A DNA stretch of 63,599 nucleotides, filler included, from Reticulomyxa filosa (GCA_000512085.1; 24 parts of 24 records of this genome joined end to end with filler, not necessarily neighbours in it); one strand, 5' to 3'. Shown: positions 26,208-39,474, counted from the whole stretch's first letter. Translations and numbers: made by a program. The notes: a model not told the origin generated them from the letters alone.

Positions 26208-27364
26208 TCAATCTTTTTTTGAAAACATGTCATCATCGTCAAAATATTTATGTCTTCGGTCATATTTGTCTCTGTTGCTTGTAGCCAGTTCAGGATTGGA
26301 AAGCTCAATTCCTTGCACAGGCGTAAATAAAATGCTAGTGTGTAATCCGGACACAGTGCCGGCTTTTTCAGCCTTCATGCGAAGTCTTTTTTGTCGCAAA
26401 ACTTGCCGTTTGTTCCATTTGTGGAGTTTCGATTGAGTGGATTGCGGTTGAATGGCTCGAAGCCTTCCTCCAACATCGGCGCTACTGCCTAGCATACCTA
26501 AGCCGATAATTTCGCCGTTGCCGTCAATGACTTCCTCTTCGGCACGATTAAAAGACAAGCGATTTTGCATTCGCTGTGTCTCGGTGACTTTGAATCTCTC
26601 ACGCATTTTGCGATACCGTTTTCCTCCTCTTTTTTTTTGGGCTTATTGTCCGGAACTGGTAAAGGTCTGGGAGGTTTAGGCGGCGCTGGTTCTTGCCATT
26701 TTTCAATTTTTTGAAAGCATTCTTTGTGTAGTTTTTCTCCTACAGTTGCTAATTTGTGCAAATATACAATACAAATTAAACAAATCGTTAAATGCGAAAT
26801 TGCGTGACGGAGGAGAAAAAAAGGGGATAAAAATTATTTAGAAAAAAAAAAAAAAAACCATTGAAAGTTCCAGGGGGTTTATGTGCATCAACTCGAGCAC
26901 ACAGGGAAATCTTGGCAGCAACCAATCGCAGAGCTTTTTGTCTCATTTCCCATGGACAATTTCGAACCAATTCGCATTGACCAATAATACCAAAATGTTC
27001 AGGGACATTGTTGATAAGAAAGCCGGCTTGGGCATTTCGCTTCAATGCGCCCAACACTTGAATGTTGCAAGAAGGGATTTGCGACAGCTTTTGGATAGAC
27101 CCAGTCAAGGCCAACAGTTTGGCAGCAATCTCGGAGCCGACTAAGGCACTGGTATTGGAGGCTATCACTTTCATCCGCGATGCAATGAAGCGCAATATCT
27201 TCTCCTTGTTCTCTTCCAATTCCAACATCACGTCAGCTGCCCGCAAGGCACGTTCCATGTCGGTGGGCTGCAATTGCTTGCCGCTTGTGGTGGTTGCTGT
27301 GATACGAACCATCATTGCAACAGAAGGGTTCGACAATATGGTATTCAAAGGGAGTTCATTCATT

Positions 27365-27395
<31 letters not shown>

Positions 27396-28294
27396 GTTAT
27401 GTTATATTTAAAATAATAATTTCTTTATTTATTTACAAATTGACCAATAAATATATAACAAATAAATAAATATTTATATTTATTTATATTTGTCATATAT
27501 TTATTGATCAACTTGGCCAAAAACAAAACACAAAGACAAACATACATCTCCTGATTTATTTGAAATCATCTTCACACATTTTGCATACTCGATTGGATGA
27601 ATGACCATTTCTTCCAATTCCGGAAATTTCGTGGCGTAAATGTCTTTCAAGAATTTATGAACTCGTAAAATGTGATTGTCGACTTCCAACGCCAGTTGGT
27701 TACTTGTTACAATTAGGTCATAGTCGCTTTCTTGGTTTTGGTAAAAGTCCACGTCCCCTTGCTCTTCTTGGCCCAACAACTTTTCGATCACTCGTAAGTG
27801 GTTGTTCAATCGCGGGTCGTTTAATAAATCACTCACTGTTTCCACACTTGCGCCCATTGTCAACATCAATGGCTCCTCATTGCTGCACTCAAATAAATCA
27901 ATGTCGATTAATGGTTCCATATCTATGAACATGTCTCCTTCTGATGTTATTGTTGCTGTAACTGCAGATGCTGCGGGTGCTGTTTGTGGGTGCATTGTCT
28001 TGTCATTGTCGTTTTCATTGCTTTTTCCTTCATTCGTCTTCCCGCTTTTCTTTTCTGTCCCCGTGTCGTGCATGCTAACATCTAAAACTGCATCATCTTT
28101 ATCTGATCCATCATTTTTGATTGCTATCCCAATTGTTTTGTTTACCTTTTGTTTTTTTTTTTTATTGCTGCGTTTGCACAAATCATTCGCCACTAATTTT
28201 ATTTAGCTTTTACCTGTACTGATTCTGGTAAGAAACCTATTTCGGTATCTGAACCTTCTAAATCTTCTAAAAAGGTATCTTCAAGTGTTACCAT
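26208..28294 (-). CDS. PRP31: U4/U6 snRNP protein Prp31; one frameshift in an A9 run at ~26630-26638
   Basis: MVTLEDTFLEDLE start; YDLIVTSN..IYATKFPELEEMV; ITATTTSGKQL; RMKVIASNTSALVGSEIAAKLL..IPSCNIQVLG; ALRLVAAKISLCARVD; KIEKWQEP..PLPVP..KK(RGGKRYRK)MRER..NRLSF; SGLHTSILFTPVQGIEL.NP. Confidence 0.96.
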
Positions 28295-28744
28295 GGAGAG
28301 AAAATATTATGGAGAAAAAAATTTATTTCTTCACATTCTTTCCCCTGCTTGATTTACTTTTCCAAACACGTTCTAAAACGTTTACAAGTGAATGGTAGCA
28401 ATCTGATCTATGATTCATTTTTTGTATTTTCAATACGTTTGAATAGTGTTGACAAAATAATTTGCACAAGTGCTCATCAAAGTAAAAGGACTGGATTGTT
28501 GTGTATCAGCAGCATTTGAAATTAATGTCACATACGTGCAACTTAAAAAGTGACACACGTGAAGATTTAAATGAGTAATAAAAAAGGACGAAAAAACAAG
28601 AGCAACACAGTCGGAATTTATTATTATTATTATTAGAAAACGGACAAAAGAAAAGTAAACATTTGAAAGCGTATTTCAAACTTTGAAAGAGTGCACTCCT
28701 AGGAAAAAAATAGTTGCCTCTAAAAAAAAGAATATTGACAACAC

Positions 28745-29566
28745 ATGAGCCAAAAGGTGCCAACAAAAAAGATAATAAACAAAAAGCGGACATCAAAGAA
28801 GACAAAGAAATCAGAAAAAGTTGGAAAAAAGGGCAAGCGTCAAGGCCACCAGCCAAAGCTAGGTCGGCTGTTTCCGGACGAAGGAACATTGTTTCAACCG
28901 TCGCAATCGTTGTGTTTGGAGTTGGTGTCAAAGATTTTTTACCGGCATTTGATAAAGCGAGACAATGCAATAGGAAGCCGACGCGATATGGAATGGGAGA
29001 ATAGGTTTGACATTGACCGTTATTTGAAGAAGAAGTACATCGCAGTGATGCCATTGTTTCCAGTGTTGTGCGGTTCTGCGCAGTGCACTTTCAAGCAAAA
29101 GCATCACCGAAGCTATGTAGCCGAGCCGACAGAAGAGCACGTGCGAGAGTTTATGCATCACATTTTCGAAAAGCTGCATTTGAACGCCGAGTCGACGATT
29201 GTGTCGCTGATTTACGCTGAGCGCTTGATGGACCACCGACAAATGTGCATGACGCCGCGAAATTGGCGTCCAATTATGATCGCGAGCATCTTGACGGCGT
29301 CCAAAGTATGGGACGATCTCAGCTCCTGGAACATTGAGTTTGCCAACCTGTTGCCATTGCTGTCTTTGGCAAGTATCAACACACTCGAAGGCGCGTATCT
29401 CCACGGCATCGATTACAACTTGTATATCGGCAGCTCCGACTATGCAAAGTACTACTTTGCCTTGCGAGGATTGAAACATATCAAAAGCGATAAAATACCG
29501 AGATTTTATTTGGATTTGAAAATTGTTAATAAAAGTGAGGATGATGCTATATCTCCTAACCAAGAC

Positions 29567-29611
<45 letters not shown>

Positions 29612-30422
29612 CCTTTGATCAACAGCTGTCTGATCATAATGTTAATGCTGTTGCTAATAATGATAACAATAATAATGAACACCATAGTCTTGAAGACCCC
29701 GCTAACAAAAGCTTTTTTGGGGTTGGTGCTGATACAATGTCCATCTTTGCCGCTGGACAACAACAACACGATTTTGGTGAAGCCAAGGCTCGCCATTTAA
29801 GTCATGACTCGTCTCAATTGTCATTATATTCTACATTAGAGTCTAATCTTGATGATCAAGTCCTCATTCTTTTTTTTCCCTTTTCTTTTTGCAAACTTCT
29901 TGAAAAAAAATATATATATACGTATACATATTTATGTGCATCACACATTTCATAGCATGCAGTCATGACGACAAATGGTGATGACCCCAAAAGACAACTT
30001 AAGAAAGACGAGTGGAATGCAAAAAAACACAAAGAAAGTGAAGAGTATAAACACGGAGACTTGCAACGGCCTCTGCTACCGTCCATCAAACAGTCGCCTG
30101 TTGCACAGGATTTTGATGATGGGTCCCTCCATACTAATCATGAAAAGAATTACAATAACAATGACGAGGATAATAACAGCACCAGGTACAATAAATCACG
30201 GACCACACAAATCCCAATCGATCATAGCAAGCATATTCAAATACGTGTTCCTGTGTTACATCAAAACAAATCTGACTTATCCTTTGCTCGTCCATGGTCG
30301 TTGCCTGAAGTTTTGTTTTTTCTCCTATATGTACACATGTGCATGTTTGTTTGCATATGCCATCGGGGTTTGTTTTTTTTTTCATGACACTCTTGGTACA
30401 GGAGATGCTTATCAAAAAATAA
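28745..30422 (+). CDS. Cyclin-Y-family cyclin with a low-complexity C-terminus; apparent frameshift at the end of the (AAT)n tract
   Basis: ESTIVSLIYAERL..NWRPIMIASILTASKVWDDLSSWNIEF..INTLE..YAKYYFALR matches the cyclin-Y core. The tail continues in a shifted frame (FDQQLSDHN..SFFGVGADTMSIF..) through two GT-AG introns to TAA at 30422. Confidence 0.88.
29567..29610 (+). repeat. (AAT)n microsatellite encoding poly-Asn
   Basis: About 14 tandem AAT units inside the cyclin-Y CDS. Confidence 0.95.
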
Positions 30423-30861
30423 CTCGATCCTTTTTATACAGCATCTAATCTTGGAATTTCAAGTTGTTAATCGAAGAACAGCGATTTGCCTTCGTGTCGG
30501 TCTTGGAAGAGGGAGGGGGAAGGGAAGTTGTTCGATTTCTTTGCTAACCCACGTTTGTCTTTGATGAATGAATGGCAGTTGTAACTTTTTTTTTTGTTCG
30601 TTTTTCACCATCAATGTCCTATCTCATCGTAGTGCTTACAACTATACACCGAAAAGGATTTTCTCCCAAAAAAAGTAAAATGTGTATCTTTTCCTTATAC
30701 AAACAAGTTAGCGCTGTTATAACTAGATTAACTTCCAACGAGACGAAAGGAGGATAAGAGGAGGTGGGACGAAAACTTATCTATTTTTCTAAAGTGAACA
30801 TAGACCACAACTATTATCTTTTTTTCTTCTTCTTTTTATTGTCCAAGCAAAAAAAGAAAAA

Positions 30862-32157
30862 ATGTGGTTTGATCAAGTGTTATTAAGTTTAAATGGAGCA
30901 AGTGTGTTGATGTTGGTAATATTGACACTAAACCCAGAAGCACCATTAAAAAAGGCAGTAGTGAATAGCGGGTACATGACAATAGTGAATCAAGGTTGGT
31001 TGTGGTGTGTGGTATTTGTAGTGAAATATTTGGTGTATCAAATAATCTGGTATGTGTATTACACGAGTAGTATCCCAAGGATACTGGACTACGTGATTGG
31101 GGATGAGAAGTTGGGATCAGTATTTCCGTATGCTTCGAGCACGTCGAGCGAAGAGCTAAGCAGCATGGAATGGCGTATGTATGAATGCGTGTTGTTTGTG
31201 TTGTTGAGTATTCCAATAAAGTATATTTTGCAATTGATCGTGACGAACGAGACAACAGAAGCACTGAAGCAGTACCAAATGAAGAACAAGTACTCGTATA
31301 TTTTCGATGCATTGACTGGAGAGTATGTATTTCAACCGCAGCAAGCGGCAGAGCACGACGCATCGAAAAAGAGAGCAAAGAGGTGAAAGACAATCACAAG
31401 TACTTTGGTGATCGCGCAGACCAATTCAATGAATTCGAGGAGACCATTGTGCGTTACCAATTGGAAACGTGGACCCCTTGGCCCAGCGAAGTGATGGAAC
31501 TGACGAGGTTGTATCAATTGTTTGCCAATGTCCACGTGAGTGGCATCCAACATATCCCTTTGGACAGTCCTTCGCTTATTATCACCAATCACGCCTTGGG
31601 ACATTGGTTCGATGTCCCTATGATGGTCTACAACATTCGACGCTTTTGCAATGTCATCCCCCGCATATTAGTGTCCACTCAGCATTACAACCTCCCCCTT
31701 TGGGGCGACCTCCTCTACAAAATGGGTGGTGCACCCAGAACGCGACTTTGCGCCGACATTCTCATGGACATGAAGGAAACCATCATCATGTTCGCCAGTC
31801 GTCGCGACGAACAAAACACCATGAGTATATGGCAAGGAAATCCCTCCTTACGACCCACTTCCAAACGAGATGATGCTCAATCCAATGCTGATCATTCCAA
31901 TCATCATTCTTCTTCTTCTTCTTCTTCTTTTACTGCTTCTTCTTCTTCTCGTTTTCATGATATGTATTTCGACTTGGCCAAAAAGTACAATTATGTCATC
32001 ATCCCTGCGGTCTGCGTTAGCAATGATGATGTCGTTGAAATGGTTTATAACTTACCCGACGAAAAAAATCAACTCATCAAAAGGTTCAGCACTTTGCGAA
32101 CCATATCACAACCGTTTGTCAAAAAACCAAATCGAAGTCAATATCATTTACACTTTG
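30862..32157 (+). CDS. Lysophospholipid/diacylglycerol acyltransferase superfamily protein (PlsC/TMEM68/DGAT2-like) with N-terminal TM helices; frameshift ~31350; 3' truncated
   Basis: Hydrophobic N-terminal ORF, then VSGIQHIPLDSPSLIITNHALGHWFD, LPLWGDLLYKMGGAPRTR, LAKKYNYVIIPAV, YHLHFG. Confidence 0.78.
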
Positions 32158-32160
32158 GTT

Positions 32161-32200
<40 letters not shown>

Positions 32201-32334
32201 NNNNNNNNNNNNNNNNNNNNNNNNNNNNNNNNNNNNNNNNNNNNTTAATTAATTAANNNNNNNNNNNNNNNNNNNNNNNNNNNNNNNNNNNNNNNNNNNN
32301 CATGGAGAAAATCAATTATCATCATATGATATCG

Positions 32335-32368
32335 TTTTAGGCGTCAGTTTTCTTTGCAACATACTGTA
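32335..32368 (-). mobile_element. Tc1/mariner-like terminal inverted repeat end with TA target site (copy 1)
   Basis: Minus strand TA|CAGTATGTTGCAAAGAAAACTGACGCCTAAAA, near-identical to 56771-56805. Similarity stops right after the TA, and both copies lie at contig starts. Confidence 0.62.
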
Positions 32369-32384
32369 GTAAGAAATCAATAAG

Positions 32385-34280
32385 CTATATGTATATGATT
32401 TTTGTGAAAAATGATTTTCTTAGCACTTTTTGCGTTTGTTTTCTCTTTTTTCGAATAGCTTCTTTTGTTAAGTCTTTGCAAAAAACTTTTAAAGCTTGAA
32501 AATCATTGGAACTCAGATAGAGGCCAATAATATGTTGTATAGCATTGGATTGAAATTTTTGAAAATCTGCACGTTTTGACACCCACAATTTAAATGGTTT
32601 GATCCATTGGCTCATATCATTTTCTTTGAAAAGCGATTTAATACTTTGGTTTTGATCAACCTCAGTTAAAGCAATGGAAAGTTGAAGTTGGTTTAGTTCG
32701 AGTTTGTTCTGGAACATTACCAAGACAAATAATCAAAAATGGTATCTTGATGATCGCAAATATCATAATGACTGATAAGTTTCATATGAGCGAATATTAG
32801 CGAGCATTCTTGTAATCCAATATCCATCAAAAAATCGGGTATGTAGACTTTATTTGAAATCACTTGAACAACTATTGATCACTACATTTCAAATCAGTCA
32901 CAAAAATTGACAACGCAACGATAGCTTTCGACACCCTTACATCGAAGGTCATAATACATCATGGAAAAATCAGCCAAATTGGATAAATCAACTCCACACT
33001 CGGCAAATATATCTTGCAATCGCGTTTGTTGACTTTTCATTTTAATTTCAATTTCATTTGCGTTTTTCCGTATTAAAGATAGTTTGGCATTGCTTTGTTC
33101 GATTTTATTTTTTAGTTCACTCATTTTGCAATCGATGTCTTGTTTTATGGTTTTGAGTTGTGTTCGATATTGGTTTTATTGTCTGTGGCCAATTGTTTCT
33201 TTGTTCAAATGTTAAGTATTGATTTGGATCGGGAATGAGTAGCAACACGGAATGGAATTTGAACACGTGCGCATCGGGAAGGAAAAGAAAGAGTTCCCAA
33301 AGATGATGATACAACAACAATTTCCTTTCTTTGCCCAATCCTATCGTAGCTTAATCGCAATTCAAAGTCCGCAAGTCCGTTCCGAAGCAATTTAATTTTC
33401 TCACCAAACTCTATCCCCATGAATTGAACTTTTATCAGTTCTTCGATGAAATTGTTACAATCACAAATTGTGATCCAAAGTTTATTTCCTTGACTTGGTG
33501 GAGGCTTCAAGCGCAATATTGCCCGACTCACGATATAGCCTTGCAAAACCGAGCCATAACTTTCAAGTAAATTTTGAGCGCTTTCTTCCATTTTGATATC
33601 ACCATTTCTAAGCCCTTATTTTTAGTTTGCTTTTTTTTTTGGCAGTTGTTCACATTGTCTTGCCTTGTCCACTGCCTCAAACAGTCTCTTTTATTTTTTC
33701 GAATTTCTTTTCACTGGTTGCAACAACGTCTAAGAGAAGTGTACATTCTTTCTCGTAGTCATATCGATCACTTCATGTTTTTTTCAAATCATCACTACTT
33801 TTCAATGCTATTCCTTTTTTGTCTTTTAAACATTCTTCATCTGGTGATATTCTCATCATTTTCATCAGATCCTCCAAGTGTTTGTCGCAGTCTTCTTTTT
33901 TTAGGTCGGCATTATTTCTGCTTTTGGACACCATGTCGATGTTCTTTTTCCTTTTTTGACTGCCAAACACCTCTTTTTTTATTTAAGCAAACCAAACGTG
34001 CAAATGTGCAAATATGAAGATATTCACATACGCAGTACAAACCATGTTAAGAACACGCTTTCCGCTTTTCCATTAATACATTCATTCCAATACTTATACG
34101 AATCATCCGCGTCTTTAATTTGATCCTTTTTGTTGTCCGCATCTACCAATATAAAACGAGATTTCCCACTCAAACCTAATTCTCCTCCTATAAAATCTAA
34201 CAAATCCTCACATATTCTATCTTTCTTCTTGTTTGACATAGTGTCATTCTCTTTTAGTCTCTTTATTTTATACTCCAATT
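32385..34280 (-). pseudogene. Fragmented gene of an unidentified, probably amplified, family with a coiled-coil C-terminus
   Basis: Chain of same-strand short ORFs (34024, 33773, 33205, 33117, 32894, 32385) with protein-like composition, linked by frameshifts and stops. Confidence 0.5.
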
Positions 34281-35139
34281 CCTTTTTTTTGTACGTCTTA
34301 ATTTTTATCTATTTATTTTTCCCCCAGAGACACTCCATTTTTTTAAAAATAGCAAGGTATTTTTAGAACAAACCGATTTTGACATCAGCTTAGTTGTCTT
34401 GCTCAAACACTCCATTTTTTTGCTTTTCGAAAAAAAAAAGATGAATTTTACAACAATACAAATTTGGGAAGAAAAAAAGTGGAATACTATGCAACTCATT
34501 AGAGTTACTTGAAAATATCAGATGTACCTTTCTTTAAGTGTAAAGAAATTTGTTTTGTTTATTTAGCATAGTGATAATATATGTTAATTTTGTTGCATTT
34601 TGGGTTATATGGTTTTTCCACTTTTGTAAAGTTTGTGTGTCAATTTTTCGATTTATTTTCCATATTTTTTTTTCCCCTCGAATTTGGATCCAAAACAAAC
34701 AATAAAAATTTGAAATCTCAATCGACAGTACCTTTCAGAGAGGTGAAATGAAATTTAAAAAACTGCTTTGTTCTATGCAAATAAAGAGTAATTGCTTGTA
34801 AAAGATCAATGGCAAGCTCAATTTATTCCAAACATGTTATTATTGTTGTTCTTCTCTACCTATTTTCCGAAATAGTAACAATAAAAATGGAGTCGGTTTT
34901 TTTTGATATTGCTGAAACAAACTCAAAAAAAAAAAAAAAANNNNNNNNNNNNNNNNNNNNNNNNNNNNNNNNNNNNNNNNNNNNTTAATTAATTAANNNN
35001 NNNNNNNNNNNNNNNNNNNNNNNNNNNNNNNNNNNNNNNNAGCATTCTAAGAAGCAAGTTTTTTTTTTTTTTTTTTTACTTTCCAACGTATACTGTTTGC
35101 AAAATTCATTAAATAGCAAAATTAAAAACATTCAAATAG

Positions 35140-37423
35140 GTCCGCAGACCCTTGTGTTGATTTCTATCAGTACGCTTGCGGAGGTTATAAAGAAGAGTTT
35201 GAATACGAATTAACCAGTCAATCTGTAGTCAATTCTTTTGTGCAATTAGACAGCTACGAGTCAAAACGTTAAAAAAAAAAAAGAAAAATTGATTACAATT
35301 TCTCGATGCTCCCTCTTCTTTGTTTTTTTTTTTTTTTTTTGTATGCGTAAAAAAGAAAAAAAAAAAAAAGAAACAAAAACAAAATGTAGGTATTCTTGGA
35401 TGGGTTGTTCTATCCAGAAAACCCGGATTTGAAATCAAATTTGGCAGTGCTGAAAGCTAAGCGTTTCTTCAATTCGTGTATGTGGTCAACGAGCAGTGAA
35501 GAGCAGCTGAGAGCCTCCACGTTGCTGCGTGAGCTGGTCGCAAAGGTGAATTTCACGGACGCGAGAAACAAGTCAAAGGGTTGGGATTCTTCTTCGTCGT
35601 TAAAGTTTCAAGAGGCTTTGGCGTGGCTGGGAGCACGCTCGTGGAACTACTTGTTCTCACTGACTGCTGTCGGAGAACAGACCACATACTTTCGAGAAAA
35701 TTACAAGTATTGGCTGCTGTATTCGTCGCAAAATTGGTCCATGATGTTGAACAACACTGTCGTCCCTTTGTATCAAGATCTGTTTGGACTCAGCACTTTT
35801 GAAAGCAATCAGCTGGCGGACGACGTGCTGGATTTTGCAAGCTCCGTTTATGCCATTTCTACCAATGATCATAGTTATCTCGATCCCACGCGGCGTCAAT
35901 CCTACCTTCGATACACCACCAATATTTCTATCTTTGGCACTTCTTCTGTGCTCAATTATACAAGTTTGTCCTTTTTTATGTTTGTATACATATACATATA
36001 TTTTTAAAAAATAAAATAATAATAATAATTTAAAACTTGGTTCTTTCTTTTAAAAAAAAAAAAAAAAAAAAAATACAAGATGTTATGTTAACGCAGTTTG
36101 CGGCGACTCATTTGACTTGGGTGTACTACTTGATACCGGATGTCAAGAAGTTCAATTTCTTCCCAAAATTGATACGTCTTGTGGAAGACACAAGCCCACA
36201 GACGGTTCAATTTTATCTGTTTACAGATGCCATTGTTTATGGACTGAATTATGAAAATGTTTGTTATTTTTTTGTTATTGTTGTCATTGTAACTGTTGCT
36301 TTTTTTTTTTATTAAAAAAATGTGCAAGGATAAACTATCAATCAATGTCTATGTACGTATCGTTGTATGTGTGTACGTGTACGTTACGGGGGGGGAAATG
36401 TTTATGTCAAAAAAAAAAAAAAAGCATTTATTGGACATTGCAAGTCAACCACGTCTTTTCAGTCGCTCTGATTACTGTGTGTACATTACCAAAAATGCAT
36501 TTCCTTATGTGTATGGTACACCATTTATGAAGCTTTGTACAGGTGACTTGTTTTATGTCAAACCTTTTATTTATCAATAAAAATGAGCCTTTTTTTATTT
36601 TTAAAAAATTATTATTGGCCACTTTTTTTTTTATGTGTCGATATATCGACTCGAATTAAAAAAAAATAGAGAGACAAGGAGAAAGGAATATAGTGACGGA
36701 TATAAACAAACAAAACAAAACCAAAAAAAAAATCAAATAGTGATGCAAAATACGAAGACGTGCTAGCAATGGTCGACACAGTTACGGAGCATGGTGTAAA
36801 GGTCTTGCTGAACAACAATACATTTATGGATGCACAGTCGAGACAAGCGACAGATGAAAAAATTGCCAAACTTCGTATGTTTGTTGGGTTCCCTCCGCCA
36901 GTGACCGACTACGACAATCTGGTGGAGTATTATACACCTGTCGTGGTCAAAGACGATTACATGGAAAATCTCGAACAAAGCACAAACTGGAGTGCCACCT
37001 CGCAACAGTTGTTGTTCAACGGTCTAGGTGTCAACATGACCGACTCGTGGCCAAGTTCTTTCAGTGATCCCAGTTCATTTGGATTATGGTTTGTTTGTTC
37101 GTTTGTTTTTTTTTTTTTGAAATACGAACATTCCATTTTTTTTTTTGGTATGTGTGTGACATTTTTTTATAGGTTGACTGGCATTAATGCCTTTTAGTTT
37201 AGTTTTTTTTTTTTTTTTTTTTCTTTGTTGGTGTAACATTCCTCATAAAAAGCAAACAAAAATGGTTCAAGAAAAGCAGCGACAAAAAAAAAAGCGACAA
37301 CAACAATAACAAAAAAAAAGTGATCCAACAGGCAATTATTTCACTATTCCTGTGTTGATTACACAGGTTCCATTTTTTCCGTAGGTTATCCTTCGTCGAT
37401 TAACTTTGGTGGCATTGGCGCAG
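35140..37423 (+). CDS. M13 family zinc metallopeptidase (neprilysin/ECE-like), central exons; truncated just before HExxH
   Basis: SADPCVDFYQYACGG; KAKRFFNSCM; SRSDYCV; FMDAQSRQATDEKIAKLRMFVGFP; GINAF|YDPTGNYFTIP...QVPFF..GYPSSINFGGIGA. Confidence 0.9.
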
Positions 37424-37533
37424 TTTTTTTTTTNNNNNNNNNNNNNNNNNNNNNNNNNNNNNNNNNNNNNNNNNNNNTTAATTAATTAANNNNNNNNNNN
37501 NNNNNNNNNNNNNNNNNNNNNNNNNNNNNNNNN

Positions 37534-37572
<39 letters not shown>

Positions 37573-37630
37573 AAAAAGTTCTAACGTCATCTTCAATTGA
37601 CACTTTTTTTTTTTTTTATAAAAAAAATAG

Positions 37631-38604
37631 ACACATCAATAACAACACATGCATTCACACATCTACCGGAGTAACTGTTGTTGTTGTGGGTTGTGTGTTT
37701 TTGTATGTCGTTGCAACAGCATTGATTGGGCCAATTGGGCAATCATCAGGTACGGTGACTTAATTTTCAATCAGTAGTATTTCATGTTTTTTTTTTTTTT
37801 TTTTTTTTGGTTCACTTACGTATATCCTGTTTCTTTTATTTGTTTTTTAAAAAAAGAATAAAAACAGAAAAATATAGTTTGTGCTATAAACTTTTATATG
37901 ATTACGTATATACTATGTACAATATGATATTCACGCAATAATAACCCATCCCTCCCCTGAAACTTATTTGGGAATCTGTCGAAAGTGTTGTCCTATTCCT
38001 ACATTTGGCGCTTACGTCGTGTGGTCATCGGAGTGAGGGAATCCATGTCGAACAACAAAATAGACGAGGCACAGAAAGTGATCTTGCGATCGTCCATCAT
38101 TGCCATTGCTAGTGTATGCATCACTGTGTTTGCTTATATTGGATACATACTGCTCCCACACAGTGGCTATGCCTTTCCACATACCGATTGCACGTTGAAT
38201 TCCATGTTGTTGGTCTGCACTTTTCAATTTGGGGACCGGTAATGTCATTTATATTTTCTTTTTTTTTTTTTTTAGGTAACTTTTTTTTGTAAACATTTTT
38301 AAACATAAAATTTTTTAATTATGAAAACTAAGATAAAAGATACATGACCCCCTCCCTCTTTGCCTCTTTTCCTTTCAAAAAAAAAAAAAAAAAAAGTTGG
38401 TACGCCGTAGTATGTGGGCCATGTTTGAGAGCCTTTAGCGTGGGAACGTATTCAACGCCAAACTTACCTAGCATGAGAAGTGCAACGGAGAGCAGTGGAG
38501 GGTCCAGACTAGAAACAGACAAATCTCATATTATGAAATTTTTGAGCAAAAAAAATGCGCGCTACAGATACAAATATTGTAAACTCTCCTTCTCGGGACA
38601 CTAA
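37631..38604 (+). CDS. Putative 7TM/GPCR-like membrane protein, C-terminal part
   Basis: TM-like segments with a basic loop: YIWRLRRVV..ILRSSIIAIASVCITVFAYIGYIL..DCTLNSMLLVCTFQFGDR|WYAVVCGPC (helix-8-like with Cys), then a Ser/Thr-rich tail. Confidence 0.55.
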
Positions 38605-39474
38605 AGTAGAGGTCTCAGAGATTGGAAAAGTTTTGTAATATACACGTCTTAGATTTTCCTTTTCTCGTTTGTCTACTTTTGAAATTGATTTCGGCTGGGA
38701 TTTGCTTCAGGTTTCGTTTTGGGTTTTGTTCAAAGAAGGAGGAGGGGGGGAGAGATGGGAGAGGGTAAATCCTGAGGGTTTTCTATGCGTGTGCAAATTA
38801 CTTTGATTCTTTCATAAATTCGAAAAAATGTTGGCATTGGGCCAATTGATAATTGCTATACTCTTCTCTTGATTTATTTGTTCCTCTCTGTTTCATCCTT
38901 TTTTTTTCTTGTTTGGTCGTATGTGGAATTTTCAATGTGTTCCCATCGAACTTGTTTCAAAATTACTTAGTTTTATAGTGTGAATAATCAAATCTTCTGC
39001 TACAAAAAAGAGTTGAAAAAGCAATTTAAATCGAAGACCAATAAGGTAATACTGTTTAATATCTTAATAAAGTAGCCATAACGGGGTACTTTCCAGGTCG
39101 AAAAATTTCTCAGAGTTATAACATTTCTGCTTTTTCCGTTTTTTTGCGTTTCGGCATCATTTGAAGACACATTTCTTTTTTTTTATTTCTTTTTCTCCAA
39201 TTGTTTCTGTGCGTTTTTTTTTGTTTGTGCGCTCATTTTTTGATTTTTGTTGCGTTTCCGTCGCCACGTTTCTGCTTTTTGTTTGCTTTGTTATTTTATA
39301 ATTGTTATTATTATCTTATTTTATTTTATTTGTGTCCCGCGCCTTTTTTGCCGTCAGAACAGCAACTTACAAAAAAAAAAAAAAAAAAGAATACTCACTT
39401 TGTAAGAAAAGGAAACAAAGTGCAAGAAAAAAAGTGCAACAAAAGAAAGAAAAAAAACAACAAATAAGAGTGCG

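Noticed and set aside
26625-26640. Programmed frameshift in Prp31 at the A9 run (similarly cyclin-Y ~29610 and acyltransferase ~31350)
   Set aside because: One extra A restores the conserved KKRGGKRYRK in an essential gene, and the duplicated M13 overlap shows homopolymer errors in this assembly.
36510-36745. Non-canonical intron or micro-exon in the M13 gene
   Set aside because: A canonical phase-2 donor (gac tt|GTtttatg) joins the 36740 acceptor in frame, so no unusual splicing is required.
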